Shown in pieces: positions 1 to 10,831 of a stretch of DNA of 41,780 nt. Origin of the DNA: an uncultured Rhodobacterales bacterium (GTDB lineage Bacteria; Pseudomonadota; Alphaproteobacteria; Puniceispirillales; GCA-002684695); assembly GCA_964571065.1 (NCBI GenBank), contig CAZNBI010000001.1, positions 1-41,780 on the forward strand. Reading direction: 5' to 3'. Each line of letters opens with the position of its first letter. Positions within the stretch are counted from its first letter, which is position 1. The notes under the pieces were generated by a model that did no database searches, was not told the origin of the DNA, and worked only from the letters and a program-made list of their open reading frames with translations. The position numbers and the translations under genes are program-made.

Positions 1-385
1 TTTCATTATCGACATCTATTGCTTGGTAAACATTTGCTAAGGTTTGGGCCTCCACTCCTTGAGTGGAATCAACTACTAAAATTGATCCTTCACAAGCGGC
101 TAATGATCTAGAAACCTCATATCCAAAATCCACATGGCCAGGCGTATCCATTAAGTTTAATATGTAATTTTGACCGTCAGATGATTTATAGTTAAGCCTG
201 ACAGTTTGTGCTTTAATAGTTATTCCTCTTTCTCTTTCAAGCTCCATATTATCTAATACTTGCTCTTTCATCTCCCTATCAGATAGTCCACCACAGAACT
301 GAATAATTCTATCAGCAAGGGTTGATTTACCATGGTCAATATGAGCTATTATGGAGAAATTTCTTATCTTAGTATTATCAATCAT
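1..385 (-). CDS. lepA: Elongation factor 4 (LepA), N-terminal fragment; the gene continues past the left edge
   Basis: Absent from the ORF track because it is truncated by the window edge. The reverse complement from ATG (383-385) reads [30 protein letters not shown]...[18 protein letters not shown]. This contains the GTPase G1 box (AHIDHGKST) and G3 box (DTPGH) in the typical LepA N-terminal context. Confidence 0.9.
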   Translation of the reverse strand, partial: MIDNTKIRNFSIIAHIDHGKSTLADRIIQFCGGLSDREMKEQVLDNMELERERGITIKAQTVRLNYKSSDGQNYILNLMDTPGHVDFGYEVSRSLAACEGSILVVDSTQGVEAQTLANVYQAIDVDNE

Positions 386-489
386 TTATTTAATTAAAAT
401 TTAGCTTTATATGTAAATAATATTTAACTAAAAAGTAATCAATGTTTTCTTAGATAGTATAAAGCTTTAAAATAATATAATATTTAAAA

Positions 490-2160
490 ATGTCTGAATT
501 TGATCCAAAAAACAAATATACTCCTTTTCAAAGAATTAATTTAAAGGACAGAAAGTGGCCAAACCAAATTATTAATAATGCACCAACTTGGTGTAGCGTT
601 GATTTGCGAGATGGAAATCAGTCATTAATTGAGCCAATGGATACTCCAAAAAAATTAAAGCTTTTTAAAACTTTAGTATCTATGGGCTTTAAGGAAATAG
701 AGATTGGTTTTCCTGCTGCCTCAGAAACAGATTATAACTTTTGTCGATATTTAATTGAAAATAAACTGATCCCTAATGACGTTACAATTCAAGTTTTAAC
801 TCAAGCTAGAGAGCACCTTATAGATAATACTTTTGAGGCCTTGATAGGTTGCAATTCAGCTATTGTTCACCTCTATAACTCAGTTTCAACGCTTCAACGA
901 AGGGTAGTATTTAAACAAGACAGAATAGGCGTAAAAAATATAGCATTAGATGGTGCAAAATATATTTTAAATAAACTTGATAGATTTGATGAAGGTGTAA
1001 TAAAGTTGCAATATTCACCTGAGAGTTTTACTGGAACTGAGCTCGACTATGCTTTAGAAGTTTGTGAGGAAGTATTAGATTGCTGGAAGGCAAATCAAAA
1101 AAATCCAGTTATTATTAACCTTCCTGCTACTGTTGAAATGTCGACTCCAAATATTTATGCAGACCAAATAGAGTGGATGAGTAACAACTTCTCTAATAGA
1201 GATAGAGTAATTCTATCACTGCATCCTCACAATGATAGAGGTACAGGAGTTGCTGCAACTGAATTAGCTCTTATGGCTGGAGCTGATAGAGTTGAAGGGA
1301 CATTATTTGGAAACGGAGAGAGAACAGGAAACGTAGACATTGTTACACTTGGACTAAATATGTTTACTCAGGGTGTCGATCCTAAACTAGATTTTAAAGA
1401 CTTAAACAAATTAATTGAAACCGCAGAATTTTGTACACAATTACCAGTGCATCAAAGACACCCTTATGCTGGATCTTTAGTTCATACAGCTTTTTCTGGT
1501 AGTCACCAAGATGCAATCAGAAAAGGTATGGAAGCTATCTCAAAATCAAATCAAGAAAAGTGGGAAGTTCCATACTTACCAATCGACCCAAGTGACATTG
1601 GAAAGACCTATGAAGCAATCATCCGAGTAAATTCACAATCAGGGAAAGCTGGCTCAGCTTGGTTACTTGAACAAGATCATAATATTTTTCTACCTAGAGG
1701 AGCTCAAATTCAGTTTAGTCAATCAGTACAAAAGTTAGCAGATAGCTCTGGTAAAGAAATAACTTCTCAAATTATTTGGGATATTTTTGAAAAAGAGTAT
1801 TTATTTGAAGGTAAGTATAAATTAATTAATTTCAGTAGTAAAAAGCTCTCAAGAAATAATAATAAAGAGCTAGTTGAAGCTACCATTTCTTATAATAATA
1901 AAAATATAGACATCTCAGCCTCTGGAAATGGTCCAATTAGTGCATTCGTAACTGCCATGAGAGAAAATTTCAATTTAATATTTAGACTTAGTGATTTTAG
2001 CCAAAATACAAGAAGTTCAGGTTCAACTGCAGAAGCTGCTGCATATGTCGAAATCAGAGTTCCAGATGAAAATGGCAGAAGTGTATTTGGTGTTGGAATT
2101 GATACATCAATTACGCTTGCACCAATAAAAGCTGTTATAAGTGCTATTAATCGTATTTAA
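490..2160 (+). CDS. leuA: 2-isopropylmalate synthase, long form
   Basis: 556-aa ORF. Has the HMGL-like barrel motifs SVDLRDGNQS and HPHNDRGTGVA, the N-terminal KYTPFQRINLKDRKWP typical of long-form LeuA, and a C-terminal LeuA dimerisation/regulatory region. Confidence 0.9.
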   Translation: MSEFDPKNKYTPFQRINLKDRKWPNQIINNAPTWCSVDLRDGNQSLIEPMDTPKKLKLFKTLVSMGFKEIEIGFPAASETDYNFCRYLIENKLIPNDVTIQVLTQAREHLIDNTFEALIGCNSAIVHLYNSVSTLQRRVVFKQDRIGVKNIALDGAKYILNKLDRFDEGVIKLQYSPESFTGTELDYALEVCEEVLDCWKANQKNPVIINLPATVEMSTPNIYADQIEWMSNNFSNRDRVILSLHPHNDRGTGVAATELALMAGADRVEGTLFGNGERTGNVDIVTLGLNMFTQGVDPKLDFKDLNKLIETAEFCTQLPVHQRHPYAGSLVHTAFSGSHQDAIRKGMEAISKSNQEKWEVPYLPIDPSDIGKTYEAIIRVNSQSGKAGSAWLLEQDHNIFLPRGAQIQFSQSVQKLADSSGKEITSQIIWDIFEKEYLFEGKYKLINFSSKKLSRNNNKELVEATISYNNKNIDISASGNGPISAFVTAMRENFNLIFRLSDFSQNTRSSGSTAEAAAYVEIRVPDENGRSVFGVGIDTSITLAPIKAVISAINRI

Positions 2161-4565
2161 TCTCTTAAATAGCCACCTAGTTTGCTGGAAACATTTTCAA
2201 TAATTCTTTTAGAATATCCCTCTAAGTCTTCCTCAGAGAAAGTATTTAATTTAGGCTGAAGAAACACAGTTACTCCTAAAGACTTTTTATCGGCTTCTAT
2301 TTTTTCACCTTCATATAAATCAAAAACTCTTACTTCTTTGATTATATCTTTATCAATAGACGATATACATCTTGTTATCTCACCGGAGGAAACAGTTTTA
2401 TCTATGATAAAAGAAAAGTCCCTCTTAACTTCTTGTAAATTATCTAATTTCAAAAGTTTTTTAACAGAAGTTACTTTCTTAGGAAATGGAACATTTTCAA
2501 TATTTACTTCAAACCCTACTACATTTACTGAAAGATTAAATTTTTTAAGAATAAGAGGATGTATTTCTCCGAATGTTGCAATAATAGTTTTACCAAGTGA
2601 AAAAATACCACTCCTACCTGGATGATAAATATTTGTATCAAAAGTTTTTAGTTGTGTTTTTGTAGGATCTAATCCACAAAGTCTTATGACTGCCTCAGCA
2701 TCAGCTTTGGCGTCTAACCAATCATAGTCACGATTACTATTAGTCCAATCTTTAAAACCAGTTGTACCATATCTCAAACCACAAATTTGGTTTATCTGAT
2801 CTTCTGGTTGTTGATCAATAAAAATTGGACCAACTTCAAAAAAAGAACCGCTCTCTTCACCTCTTTTATAATTTTTAGAACTACTAGATAACAAATTAGG
2901 AAATAGCGAAGGTCTCATGCAATCCAAATCACTGCTAATGGGGTTTGAAATAATTAATTGATCAATGTCATCAATAGAAAATAATTTTGCTTTATCAAAA
3001 GATATAAATGAATACGTTATACACTCCATCATACCCCTTCCAGCCAATAAAGACTTAACAGAAAAAAGGCGTTTATTTTCTCTTGTTATTGCCGGTTTTG
3101 GTATAACATCATTGCTAAATAATTTTGCTTCAGGAATGTTTTCATAACCGTAAATTCTGATTATTTCTTCAACCAGATCTGCTGAGCCATCAATATCATT
3201 TCTCCACGGTGGAGGTAAAACAGACCATTTTCCTTTATTTTTATTTATTTTAAAACCTAAATCAGAAAGAATTTTTTCAATTGTTATTTCATTAACATTA
3301 ACTCCTGTTAAGTTAAAAACCTGTTGTGTTTCAAATGTAATTTCTCGAGACCAGTTAGGGCCACTTCCAGTTTTTTCTAAAAAACTAACTTCCCCTCCAC
3401 AAATATCAATCACAAGATCTGAAATATAATTATGGACCCATTCTGGACAATCTTGATCTAAACCTCTTTCAAATCTATATCTTGCATCAGAATTTAGATT
3501 TATTTTTCTTCCAGTTTTAGAAACACTTATTGGGTCAAACACAGCAATTTCTAGAAACATTTCAGTTGTTTCGTCAGATACACCAGTTCTCATACCTCCC
3601 ATAATGCCCGCTAAATCATCAGCACCTTTTGCATCAGAAATTATAATATCCTCGTTTGACAAAAAGTAATCCTTCTCATTAAGAGTGCTTATTTTTTCAT
3701 TGTTTTTAGCAAATCTAATCTCAAGTTTATCGCCTTCTATTTTAGATCCGTCATAAGCATGCAGAGGCCTGTTTAAATCAAACATAATATAATTAGTTAT
3801 ATCAACTAATGCTGATATGGATCTTTGGCCAATAGCTTCTAGCCTTTGTTGCATCCATTTTGGACTTTTAGAGTTATTTAAATTTTTAAAGTATCTACTA
3901 GTAACAACAGGTACTAATTTTTTTTCTAGAAGCTCATCCGAAATTACAAATTTTTTCGGACTTTTAAAAGTTCCCTTAACGTTTTTAATATTTAATGGCT
4001 TTAATTCACCAAATCCTGCGGAGGCCAGATCTCTTGCTATACCTCTTACACCAAGACAGTCTGCCCTATTTGGAGTTATACCAATTGTTATTACAGGATC
4101 ATTAAGTCCAGACCACTCTAAAAAACTAGTTCCAATTTCTGCATTTTGATCTAATTCGATAATTCCATCATGCTCATCTGAAATTTCTAGCTCTCTCTCT
4201 GAACACATCATGCCAAAAGATTTTTCTCCCCTAATGTCACCAACTTCTAATTTTAGATCTATCCCTGGGATATACATTCCAGGTTTAGCAAAAACACCAA
4301 TCAAATCTTTTTTTGCATTAGGAGCTCCACATATTACTTGATGAGTATCACCTGATTTATCATCGACAGAAAGAATTTTCAGTCTGTCTGCGTTGGGGTG
4401 TGGCTTGCAATCAATTACTTTTGCTATAATAAAATCTTTTAATTTTTCTGATTTGTCTGAAATATTTTCAACTTCCAAACCTATCATCGAAAGCTTATCA
4501 ACTATTTCATCTAATGATTTGTCAGTATCTAAGTGATCTAATAACCAGTTTAAAGTAAACTTCAT
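2157..4565 (-). CDS. pheT: Phenylalanine--tRNA ligase beta subunit
   Basis: 802 aa with an MKFTLNWL N-terminus. The N-terminal tRNA-binding OB region (KVIDCKPHPNADRLKI) is followed by B3/4, B5 and C-terminal FDX-ACB-like regions. It sits 6 nt downstream of pheS. Confidence 0.95.
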   Translation of the reverse strand: MKFTLNWLLDHLDTDKSLDEIVDKLSMIGLEVENISDKSEKLKDFIIAKVIDCKPHPNADRLKILSVDDKSGDTHQVICGAPNAKKDLIGVFAKPGMYIPGIDLKLEVGDIRGEKSFGMMCSERELEISDEHDGIIELDQNAEIGTSFLEWSGLNDPVITIGITPNRADCLGVRGIARDLASAGFGELKPLNIKNVKGTFKSPKKFVISDELLEKKLVPVVTSRYFKNLNNSKSPKWMQQRLEAIGQRSISALVDITNYIMFDLNRPLHAYDGSKIEGDKLEIRFAKNNEKISTLNEKDYFLSNEDIIISDAKGADDLAGIMGGMRTGVSDETTEMFLEIAVFDPISVSKTGRKINLNSDARYRFERGLDQDCPEWVHNYISDLVIDICGGEVSFLEKTGSGPNWSREITFETQQVFNLTGVNVNEITIEKILSDLGFKINKNKGKWSVLPPPWRNDIDGSADLVEEIIRIYGYENIPEAKLFSNDVIPKPAITRENKRLFSVKSLLAGRGMMECITYSFISFDKAKLFSIDDIDQLIISNPISSDLDCMRPSLFPNLLSSSSKNYKRGEESGSFFEVGPIFIDQQPEDQINQICGLRYGTTGFKDWTNSNRDYDWLDAKADAEAVIRLCGLDPTKTQLKTFDTNIYHPGRSGIFSLGKTIIATFGEIHPLILKKFNLSVNVVGFEVNIENVPFPKKVTSVKKLLKLDNLQEVKRDFSFIIDKTVSSGEITRCISSIDKDIIKEVRVFDLYEGEKIEADKKSLGVTVFLQPKLNTFSEEDLEGYSKRIIENVSSKLGGYLRD

Positions 4566-4571
4566 TGTTTT

Positions 4572-5639
4572 CTAACCTTGGTGAATTGAAGTTTGCTCAA
4601 AAGGGAAAAATCCATAGTGCTTCATCCATCTCAGATCAGAGTCGAAAAATGGTCTTAAATCTGGTATTCCATACTTTAACATTGCAACCCTTTCAAGTCC
4701 CATCCCAAAAGCAAATCCTTGGTGCTCATTTGGATCAAGTCCACAGTTTTGTAAAACCCTAGGATTAACCATTCCACTACCTAAAATTTCAAGCCATTCA
4801 TCTCCCTCTCCAATTATCAGTTCTCCACTTTTTCTTGAGCAGCCAATATCAACCTCAGCAGACGGCTCAGTAAAAGGAAAGTAACTGGGTCTAAACCTTA
4901 CTGGCAAATCATCAACCCCAAAAAAAATTCTACAAAAATCTATTAAGCAACCTTTCAAATGACTCATATTTAATTTATCACCTATAACTAATCCTTCACA
5001 TTGATGGAACATAGGACTGTGAGTAGCATCATGATCACTTCTGTAAGTCCTACCAGGCACTATTACTCTCAGAGGTGGCTTTAATTTTTCCATTGTTCTT
5101 ATCTGAACAGGACTAGTATGAGTTCTTAAAACTTTTCTCTCACCATTTTCATCTTCATTAAAATAAAAGGTATCATGTTCTTGCCTTGCAGGATGTTCTT
5201 GAGGAATATTTAATGCAGTAAAATTATAGAAATCACTCTCAATATCTGGCCCTTCTGCAACAGTGAAGCCCATCTGAGCAAATATAGAAATAACCTCATC
5301 CATAGTTTTAGACAATGGGTGTATTCTGCCAATATTTTCAGGTCTTGTAGGAAGTGTAATATCTAAAGACTCGTTTTTAAGCTTTTCATTTAAATAAGTT
5401 TCTTCAAGAGAGGATTTTTTATTATCTATGGATTCTATTATATTCTTTTGAAGACTGTTGAGTATCTGCCCAGCTTCTCTTCTTTTATCAGGTTCCAATG
5501 AACCAAGTTGTTTCATAAGAGAAGTTATAGATCCCTTTTTCCCTAAAACTTGAACACGAAGATTTTCTAGATCATCTAAACTATTAGCTTCTTTAATTTT
5601 AATCAGAACTTCATTTTTAAGCTTATCGTAATCTTGCAT
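4572..5639 (-). CDS. pheS: Phenylalanine--tRNA ligase alpha subunit
   Basis: 355 aa. Class II aaRS motifs are present (RPSYFPFTEPSAEVD and GFAFGMGLERVAMLKYG), along with the N-terminal coiled-coil typical of PheS. Confidence 0.95.
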   Translation of the reverse strand: MQDYDKLKNEVLIKIKEANSLDDLENLRVQVLGKKGSITSLMKQLGSLEPDKRREAGQILNSLQKNIIESIDNKKSSLEETYLNEKLKNESLDITLPTRPENIGRIHPLSKTMDEVISIFAQMGFTVAEGPDIESDFYNFTALNIPQEHPARQEHDTFYFNEDENGERKVLRTHTSPVQIRTMEKLKPPLRVIVPGRTYRSDHDATHSPMFHQCEGLVIGDKLNMSHLKGCLIDFCRIFFGVDDLPVRFRPSYFPFTEPSAEVDIGCSRKSGELIIGEGDEWLEILGSGMVNPRVLQNCGLDPNEHQGFAFGMGLERVAMLKYGIPDLRPFFDSDLRWMKHYGFFPFEQTSIHQG

Positions 5640-5653
5640 AAAAATAAAATTCC

Positions 5654-6007
5654 TTACAATTTAGATTTGACCGTTTCCACAATGTTTTTAAACGTATCAG
5701 GATCTGCAATAGCAATTTCTGACAACATTTTTCTATCTAATTCAATCTCTGTTTTTGAAAAGCCATGAATAAATTGACTATAAGTTAAGCCATGTAGTCT
5801 TACAGCAGCATTAATTCTTTGTATCCAAAGAGATCTAAAGTCTCTTTTGCGAACTCGCCTATCCCTGTAAGCATACTGCCTTGCTTTATCAACAGCTTGT
5901 TTTGCTACTCTAAAAACATTTTTTCTGCGACCATAATAACCTTTAGCAGCATCTATAATTTTTTTGTGGCGTGCATGTGTTATAACGCCTCTTTTAACTT
6001 TTGCCAT
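5654..6007 (-). CDS. rplT: 50S ribosomal protein L20
   Basis: 117 aa. [39 protein letters not shown] is a near-canonical L20 N-terminus. It occupies the conserved infC-rpmI-rplT position. Confidence 0.95.
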   Translation of the reverse strand: MAKVKRGVITHARHKKIIDAAKGYYGRRKNVFRVAKQAVDKARQYAYRDRRVRKRDFRSLWIQRINAAVRLHGLTYSQFIHGFSKTEIELDRKMLSEIAIADPDTFKNIVETVKSKL

Positions 6008-6019
6008 AAATACTCCTGT

Positions 6020-6217
6020 TTATGCGTAAGGTAAAAAACGTCTTACAATGCGTGCATCACACTCATTTAAGATCATTGTACCACGAGCTTGTCTTTTCAT
6101 TTTTTGTGATCGTCTTCTTAAATTATGAGAGAGAAAAGCTGCTGGTGCTTTAACTTTTCCAGATGATGTTAGCCGGAACCTTTTCTTGGCTCCGCTTTTT
6201 GTTTTCATTTTGGGCAT
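6020..6217 (-). CDS. rpmI: 50S ribosomal protein L35
   Basis: The ORF track starts at 6226 (MCEMPKMKT). The canonical L35 N-terminus is MPKMKTKSGAKKRF, which begins at the ATG at 6215-6217. The purine-rich AAGAAAG lies about 9 nt upstream of that ATG but directly abuts the 6226 ATG. Confidence 0.85.
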   Translation of the reverse strand: MPKMKTKSGAKKRFRLTSSGKVKAPAAFLSHNLRRRSQKMKRQARGTMILNECDARIVRRFLPYA

Positions 6218-6336
6218 TTCGCACATCTTTCTTGAAGTGGTTAAAATAATATTTGTTCTGTTGGCAGCCCTTTTACAGCCAAAAAAACATTCAAGGTTAA
6301 ATACTATATAAAAACAAAATAATCAATATTAAATTA

Positions 6337-6876
6337 TTATTTTCCTGGTGCCAAAACCATAATCATTTGTCTGCCTTCTAGTTTTGGCTCTAATTCAATC
6401 TTAGACTTTTCTTCAGTATCCGTTTTTACTCTTCCTAAAACATCTATTCCAATTTGTTGATGAGCCATCTCTCTCCCACGGTATCTCATTGTTACTTTCA
6501 CTTTGTCACCAGAGTCTAAAAATTCAAAAATTTTTCTAAGCTTAACCTGGTAATCATGTTCATCAATGTTAGGTCTTAATTTAATCTCTTTAACATCAAT
6601 CGTTTTTTGTTTTTTCTTAGCTTCATTTTTTCTTTTCTGAGCTTCATACTTATATTTACCATAATCTAGTATTTTGCATACTGGAGGATCAGTATTTGGG
6701 GATATTTCTACAAGATCAAGGCCCTCCTCTACAGCTAATTCTAATCCTTTGCCAATGTTCATAATTCCTAATTGTTCGCCATTTTTTCCAATACATCTAA
6801 TTTTATCAGCAAAAATTTCACTATTAATTCTAGGACCCTCTTTTGATGGTGTTCCACCTTGATTATTTAATGCTAT
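6337..6876 (-). CDS. infC: Translation initiation factor IF-3, with a non-canonical AUA start
   Basis: The ORF track begins at an internal Met (6762). The frame stays open upstream to 6897 and encodes conserved IF-3 N-domain sequence ([25 protein letters not shown]). AAGGAG (6885-6890 on the minus strand) lies 8 nt upstream of ATA (6874-6876). No in-frame ATG, GTG or TTG is available there. Confidence 0.8.
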   Translation of the reverse strand: MALNNQGGTPSKEGPRINSEIFADKIRCIGKNGEQLGIMNIGKGLELAVEEGLDLVEISPNTDPPVCKILDYGKYKYEAQKRKNEAKKKQKTIDVKEIKLRPNIDEHDYQVKLRKIFEFLDSGDKVKVTMRYRGREMAHQQIGIDVLGRVKTDTEEKSKIELEPKLEGRQMIMVLAPGK

Positions 6877-6918
6877 TTTTATTTCTCCTTTTTTTATTTA
6901 AATCAAATTAACTTATAA

Positions 6919-8850
6919 TTATTTAACATCTCTTGCAAGATCTGGCGGTAAAGCTTGTAATTTGTATTTATCTAAAGCCTCAATAAGATCTAAATTGATT
7001 TGTTCCTTAGACCCTAATCTTCTTACAGAAACCTGTTTACTCTCAATTTCTTTATTACCTACAATAAATAATATTGGTATTTTATTTTCTGAATGTTCTC
7101 GAATTTTATAACCAATTTTTTCATTTCTATTATCTAATAAAACCCTTAGGCCTCTTTCTTCTGTTTGTGTTTTAACTTCATGTGCATAATTATCAGCATC
7201 TTGAGTTATTGTACATATTACTATTTGGCAAGGTGCCAGCCATAAAGGCCATTTCCCAGCATATTGCTCAATAAGAATACCAAACCATCTTTCCATTGAG
7301 CCAAGAATAGCTCTATGTAACATCACAGGTCTTTTTTTGGAACCATCCGTTGCAATATAATCTGCTTTGAGTCTTTCAGGTAATACAAAATCAACCTGCA
7401 AAGTACCACACTGCCAATCTCTTCCGATTGCATCTCTTAATACAAACTCCAGCTTTGGACCATAAAATGCACCTTCACCTGGGTTCATGACAATTTCTAA
7501 TCCAGCTGCTTTACTTGCATCCATTAAAGCTTTTTCTGCTTGATCCCATGTTTCATTACTTCCCGCTCTAATTTCGGGCCTATCTGAAAATTTAATTGTA
7601 ATATTTTCAAAGCCAAAGTCATTGTAAATACTCATTAACAACTCACAAAATGAAATTGACTCTTGATTAATTTGATCTTCAGTACAAAAAATATGTGCGT
7701 CATCTTGTGTAAATGCTCTTACTCTCATTATGCCATGCAAAGCACCACTTGGTTCGTTTCTGTGGCAAGCACCAAACTCTGCAAGTCTTAGCGGCAGATC
7801 TCTGAATGATTTGAGACTTTGTTTAAATATTTGTACATGACCAGGACAATTCATCGGCTTTAATGCAAGTGTTTGTTTTTCATCGGCTTCGGTTGTAAAC
7901 ATATGTTCACGAAATTTATCCCAATGGCCAGAATTCTCCCATAATTTTCTATCAATTAATTGTGGTGTTTTAACCTCTTGATAACTTGCTTTTTTTAGCC
8001 TTCTTCTAACATAAGCTTCGATCTCTTGATATATTGACCATCCAGAAGGATGCCAAAAAATAGAACCTGTTGCCTCTTCTTGAATATGAAATAATTTTTG
8101 CGCTTTTCCTATTTTCCTATGGTCTCTTTTTTCTGCCTCTTCTATCATCAAAAGGTACTGATTTAACTCTTTATCAGTAGTCCAAGCAGTTCCATAAATC
8201 CTTTGAAGCATGGGGTTTTTAGAATCACCTCTCCAATAAGCACCAGCGACACTCATAAGTTTAAATGCATGACCTGTATCAAGAGTTGACCTAAGATGGG
8301 GTCCCCTACACAAGTCAATGAAATCTCCTTGAGTGTAAAATGTTAATTCTTCATTTTTAGGTATGTTATTGACTAATTCAACTTTAAATGGCTCATTTTT
8401 ATCTTCGTAAAATTTAATTGCATCACTTCGAGACCAAACTTCACGATCTATTCTCTCATTTCTATCTACGATTTCGTGCATTCTTTTTTCAATAATAATT
8501 AAATCTTCCTTAGAAAATGGTTCTTCTCTGTAAAAGTCATAGTAAAAACCATTCTCAATAACAGGTCCAATTGTTACTTGAGTCTCTGGATAAATTTCTA
8601 AAACCGCTTCTGCTAAGATATGGGCGCAGTCATGTCTTAAAATTTCTAGTGTTTCCTTATCCCCTTTTCTCAGAATAGAAACATCTGAATCTTCTAAGAT
8701 TTCTCTATTTAAATCCCAAAACTCTCCATTAACTTTAGCTATAACAGCGTTTTTCTTTAGAGAATTTGATATTTCTTCAGCAATGCTTAATGGAGAAACA
8801 CTGCTCTTAAATATTTTTTTTGAGCCATCAGGAAAAGAAATTGTGGGCAA
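6919..8850 (-). CDS. thrS: Threonine--tRNA ligase (TTG start)
   Basis: 643 aa with an N-terminal TGS region ([11 protein letters not shown]), an editing-domain H-x3-H ([11 protein letters not shown]) and a class II core plus anticodon-binding domain. The start codon at 8848-8850 is TTG, with AGAGGA about 10 nt upstream. Confidence 0.95.
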   Translation of the reverse strand: MPTISFPDGSKKIFKSSVSPLSIAEEISNSLKKNAVIAKVNGEFWDLNREILEDSDVSILRKGDKETLEILRHDCAHILAEAVLEIYPETQVTIGPVIENGFYYDFYREEPFSKEDLIIIEKRMHEIVDRNERIDREVWSRSDAIKFYEDKNEPFKVELVNNIPKNEELTFYTQGDFIDLCRGPHLRSTLDTGHAFKLMSVAGAYWRGDSKNPMLQRIYGTAWTTDKELNQYLLMIEEAEKRDHRKIGKAQKLFHIQEEATGSIFWHPSGWSIYQEIEAYVRRRLKKASYQEVKTPQLIDRKLWENSGHWDKFREHMFTTEADEKQTLALKPMNCPGHVQIFKQSLKSFRDLPLRLAEFGACHRNEPSGALHGIMRVRAFTQDDAHIFCTEDQINQESISFCELLMSIYNDFGFENITIKFSDRPEIRAGSNETWDQAEKALMDASKAAGLEIVMNPGEGAFYGPKLEFVLRDAIGRDWQCGTLQVDFVLPERLKADYIATDGSKKRPVMLHRAILGSMERWFGILIEQYAGKWPLWLAPCQIVICTITQDADNYAHEVKTQTEERGLRVLLDNRNEKIGYKIREHSENKIPILFIVGNKEIESKQVSVRRLGSKEQINLDLIEALDKYKLQALPPDLARDVK

Positions 8851-8899
8851 ACTATTTAATTCCTCTAATTTTCAAAATAACAATAATAAAAGCACACAT

Positions 8900-10042
8900 T
8901 TATTTAATTTTTAAAACTTCACTGTAAAGTTTAATAGTTTCTCTATTCATTTTATCTAATGAAAATTTATTCACAATATGTTTCCTTGATGAATTTGCCA
9001 TATTATTTCTTTGTATTTCAGTCATGTTTATAAGCTTTTCTATAGCATTGCCAAGCTCTTTTTCATTTTTTGGTTCAACTAAAAGACCTGTTATATTGTT
9101 TTTAATACTTTCAGATGCTCCACCATGGTCAAAAGAAATAACTGGTCTGCCCATAGCTTGTGCTTCAATTATAACCCTTCCAAAAGGTTCTGGCTTTAGA
9201 CTAGGCGCGACGACGACATCTGCTAACATATACGCAGCAGGCAAATCATCCAAAAAGGGAAGAAAAACCATTTTTCCTAAAACATTATATTTTTTTGCTA
9301 GATTTCTTAAGTTAGTAACGTAATGTCCATTGTCATCTGCACCAGGCATAATGCAGATAATATTCTCATTATTGATACTACTAAATGATTTAATTAAAAT
9401 TTCATGCCCTTTCCAACTTGAAGGTCTTGCTGGAAGCATTATTATTTTAGCTTCATCAGGAAGTTGCAACATTTCTGAAATTTGAATAATACGACTTGTT
9501 GGTATATTTTCTGGATTAAACATTTCGATGTCTGCACCCCGATGTATAACTTTAATAATATCTTTCTTTTCAGGATTATTTTTCAGTATGTTATTTTTTA
9601 CGTAATCAGAAATTGCTATAATTTTATCCGCATTAACAGAAGCGCTGTTATAATATTTTTTGAGTAAAGAACTGGCCAAATGACTCCCATGAATTGTTGA
9701 AATCAAAGGAATATTCATTTTTTTTGCTACTTTTCCAGCTGTCCAAGCTGGAACTCTTGACCTTACATGAATAATATCTGGTTTTTCATCTTCAAAAACA
9801 TTCTTTAGTTTTTTTCTCAAATTGTTCCATTTTAGTGGGTTCTTTGTATTTGTTTGAAGATTTATATGTTTTGTTCCATTCCTTGTGAGCCTATTAACCA
9901 ATTTTCCACCAGAAGAAATAACAACTGACCTCCAACCTTTTTTTACAAGATATTCAGAAATCTCCAGAGTACCTCGTTCTACTCCACCACTGTTTAATGC
10001 TGGCAGTACTTGGATCACACATTTTTGTTGGTGTTTTTGCAT
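8900..10042 (-). CDS. Glycosyltransferase, GT-B fold (family 4/group 1-like)
   Basis: 380 aa. Has an N-terminal GGVERG motif (LNSGGVERGT) and the C-terminal E-x7-E signature region (EPFGRVIIEAQAMGRPVI). The acceptor substrate cannot be assigned from sequence. Confidence 0.7.
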   Translation of the reverse strand: MQKHQQKCVIQVLPALNSGGVERGTLEISEYLVKKGWRSVVISSGGKLVNRLTRNGTKHINLQTNTKNPLKWNNLRKKLKNVFEDEKPDIIHVRSRVPAWTAGKVAKKMNIPLISTIHGSHLASSLLKKYYNSASVNADKIIAISDYVKNNILKNNPEKKDIIKVIHRGADIEMFNPENIPTSRIIQISEMLQLPDEAKIIMLPARPSSWKGHEILIKSFSSINNENIICIMPGADDNGHYVTNLRNLAKKYNVLGKMVFLPFLDDLPAAYMLADVVVAPSLKPEPFGRVIIEAQAMGRPVISFDHGGASESIKNNITGLLVEPKNEKELGNAIEKLINMTEIQRNNMANSSRKHIVNKFSLDKMNRETIKLYSEVLKIK

Positions 10043-10092
10043 TTATTAATTAATAATAAAATTTAAAAAAACTAAACCAAAATCATAAATTT

Positions 10093-10827
10093 ATGAAAAA
10101 AATTTACCATAATTCAGGTATGTATATTACATATTCGATACAATCGGGCAAGTCACCATATGTAATTTTTCTTCATGGGCTAATGTCAGATATGCATGGC
10201 ACAAAAGCAATCGCCATTGGAAAACATCTTTCAGAAAATGGGATAGGATACATACGTTTTGATTGTAGAGGACATGGTCAATCAGAGGGAAATTTTCCTG
10301 AATTTGGAATTGGTGATTGGGCTGATGATGCAAGCTTAATAATCAATGAATTAACAAAAGAACCAGTTATCTTAGTTGGTTCATCGATGGGTGGATGGTC
10401 TATGCTTTTAAATGCAATAAGATATCCAAAAAAAGTACATGGATTAATAGGTATTGCCCCTGCACCAGATTTCACAGAAAATATTTTAAATAATTTTAAT
10501 GATGAAGAAATATTACAACTATCCACTAAAGGTTATGTAGAAATTCCAAGTGATTATGGTGATAGTCCATATATTATATCAAAAAAGTTAATTAATTCAG
10601 GCAAAGAGAACCTATTATTAAATTCGAAAATAAAAATAAATTGCCCAGTCCACCTTTTGCATGGCGGCCAAGATGCAGATGTTCCTATAGAAACAAGTTT
10701 GAAAATAATGGAACAAATCGAAAGTGGTGATGTAAAACTCACTATAGTAAAATCTGCTAATCATCAGTTTTCGGAGCAAAAAAATTTAAAACTTATTTTC
10801 AATTCTATTAATGAAATGATCAATTAG
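10093..10827 (+). CDS. Alpha/beta-fold hydrolase
   Basis: 244 aa. Contains an HG oxyanion motif (FLHGLMSD), the nucleophile elbow GSSMGG and a C-terminal His (SANHQF). Confidence 0.7.
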   Translation: MKKIYHNSGMYITYSIQSGKSPYVIFLHGLMSDMHGTKAIAIGKHLSENGIGYIRFDCRGHGQSEGNFPEFGIGDWADDASLIINELTKEPVILVGSSMGGWSMLLNAIRYPKKVHGLIGIAPAPDFTENILNNFNDEEILQLSTKGYVEIPSDYGDSPYIISKKLINSGKENLLLNSKIKINCPVHLLHGGQDADVPIETSLKIMEQIESGDVKLTIVKSANHQFSEQKNLKLIFNSINEMIN

Positions 10828-10831
10828 AATT

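Noticed and set aside
2338-4149. Plus-strand ORFs 2338-2625, 2965-3147 and 3817-4149 (60-110 aa) inside pheT.
   Set aside because: They are entirely antisense to a strongly supported 802-aa pheT. Their translations are low-complexity (Ser/Phe/Ile/Leu-rich) with no recognisable motifs, as expected from AT-rich antisense frames.
4565-4762. 65-aa plus-strand ORF overlapping the pheS 3' end.
   Set aside because: It is antisense to pheS, has no SD and no recognisable family features.
6261-6282. Hairpin TTGGC-N12-GCCAA next to an A7/T7 run, considered as a terminator between infC and rpmI.
   Set aside because: On the transcribed (minus) strand the U-run precedes the hairpin rather than following it. 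The stem is only 5 bp with a 12-nt loop. It is not a credible intrinsic terminator in either orientation.
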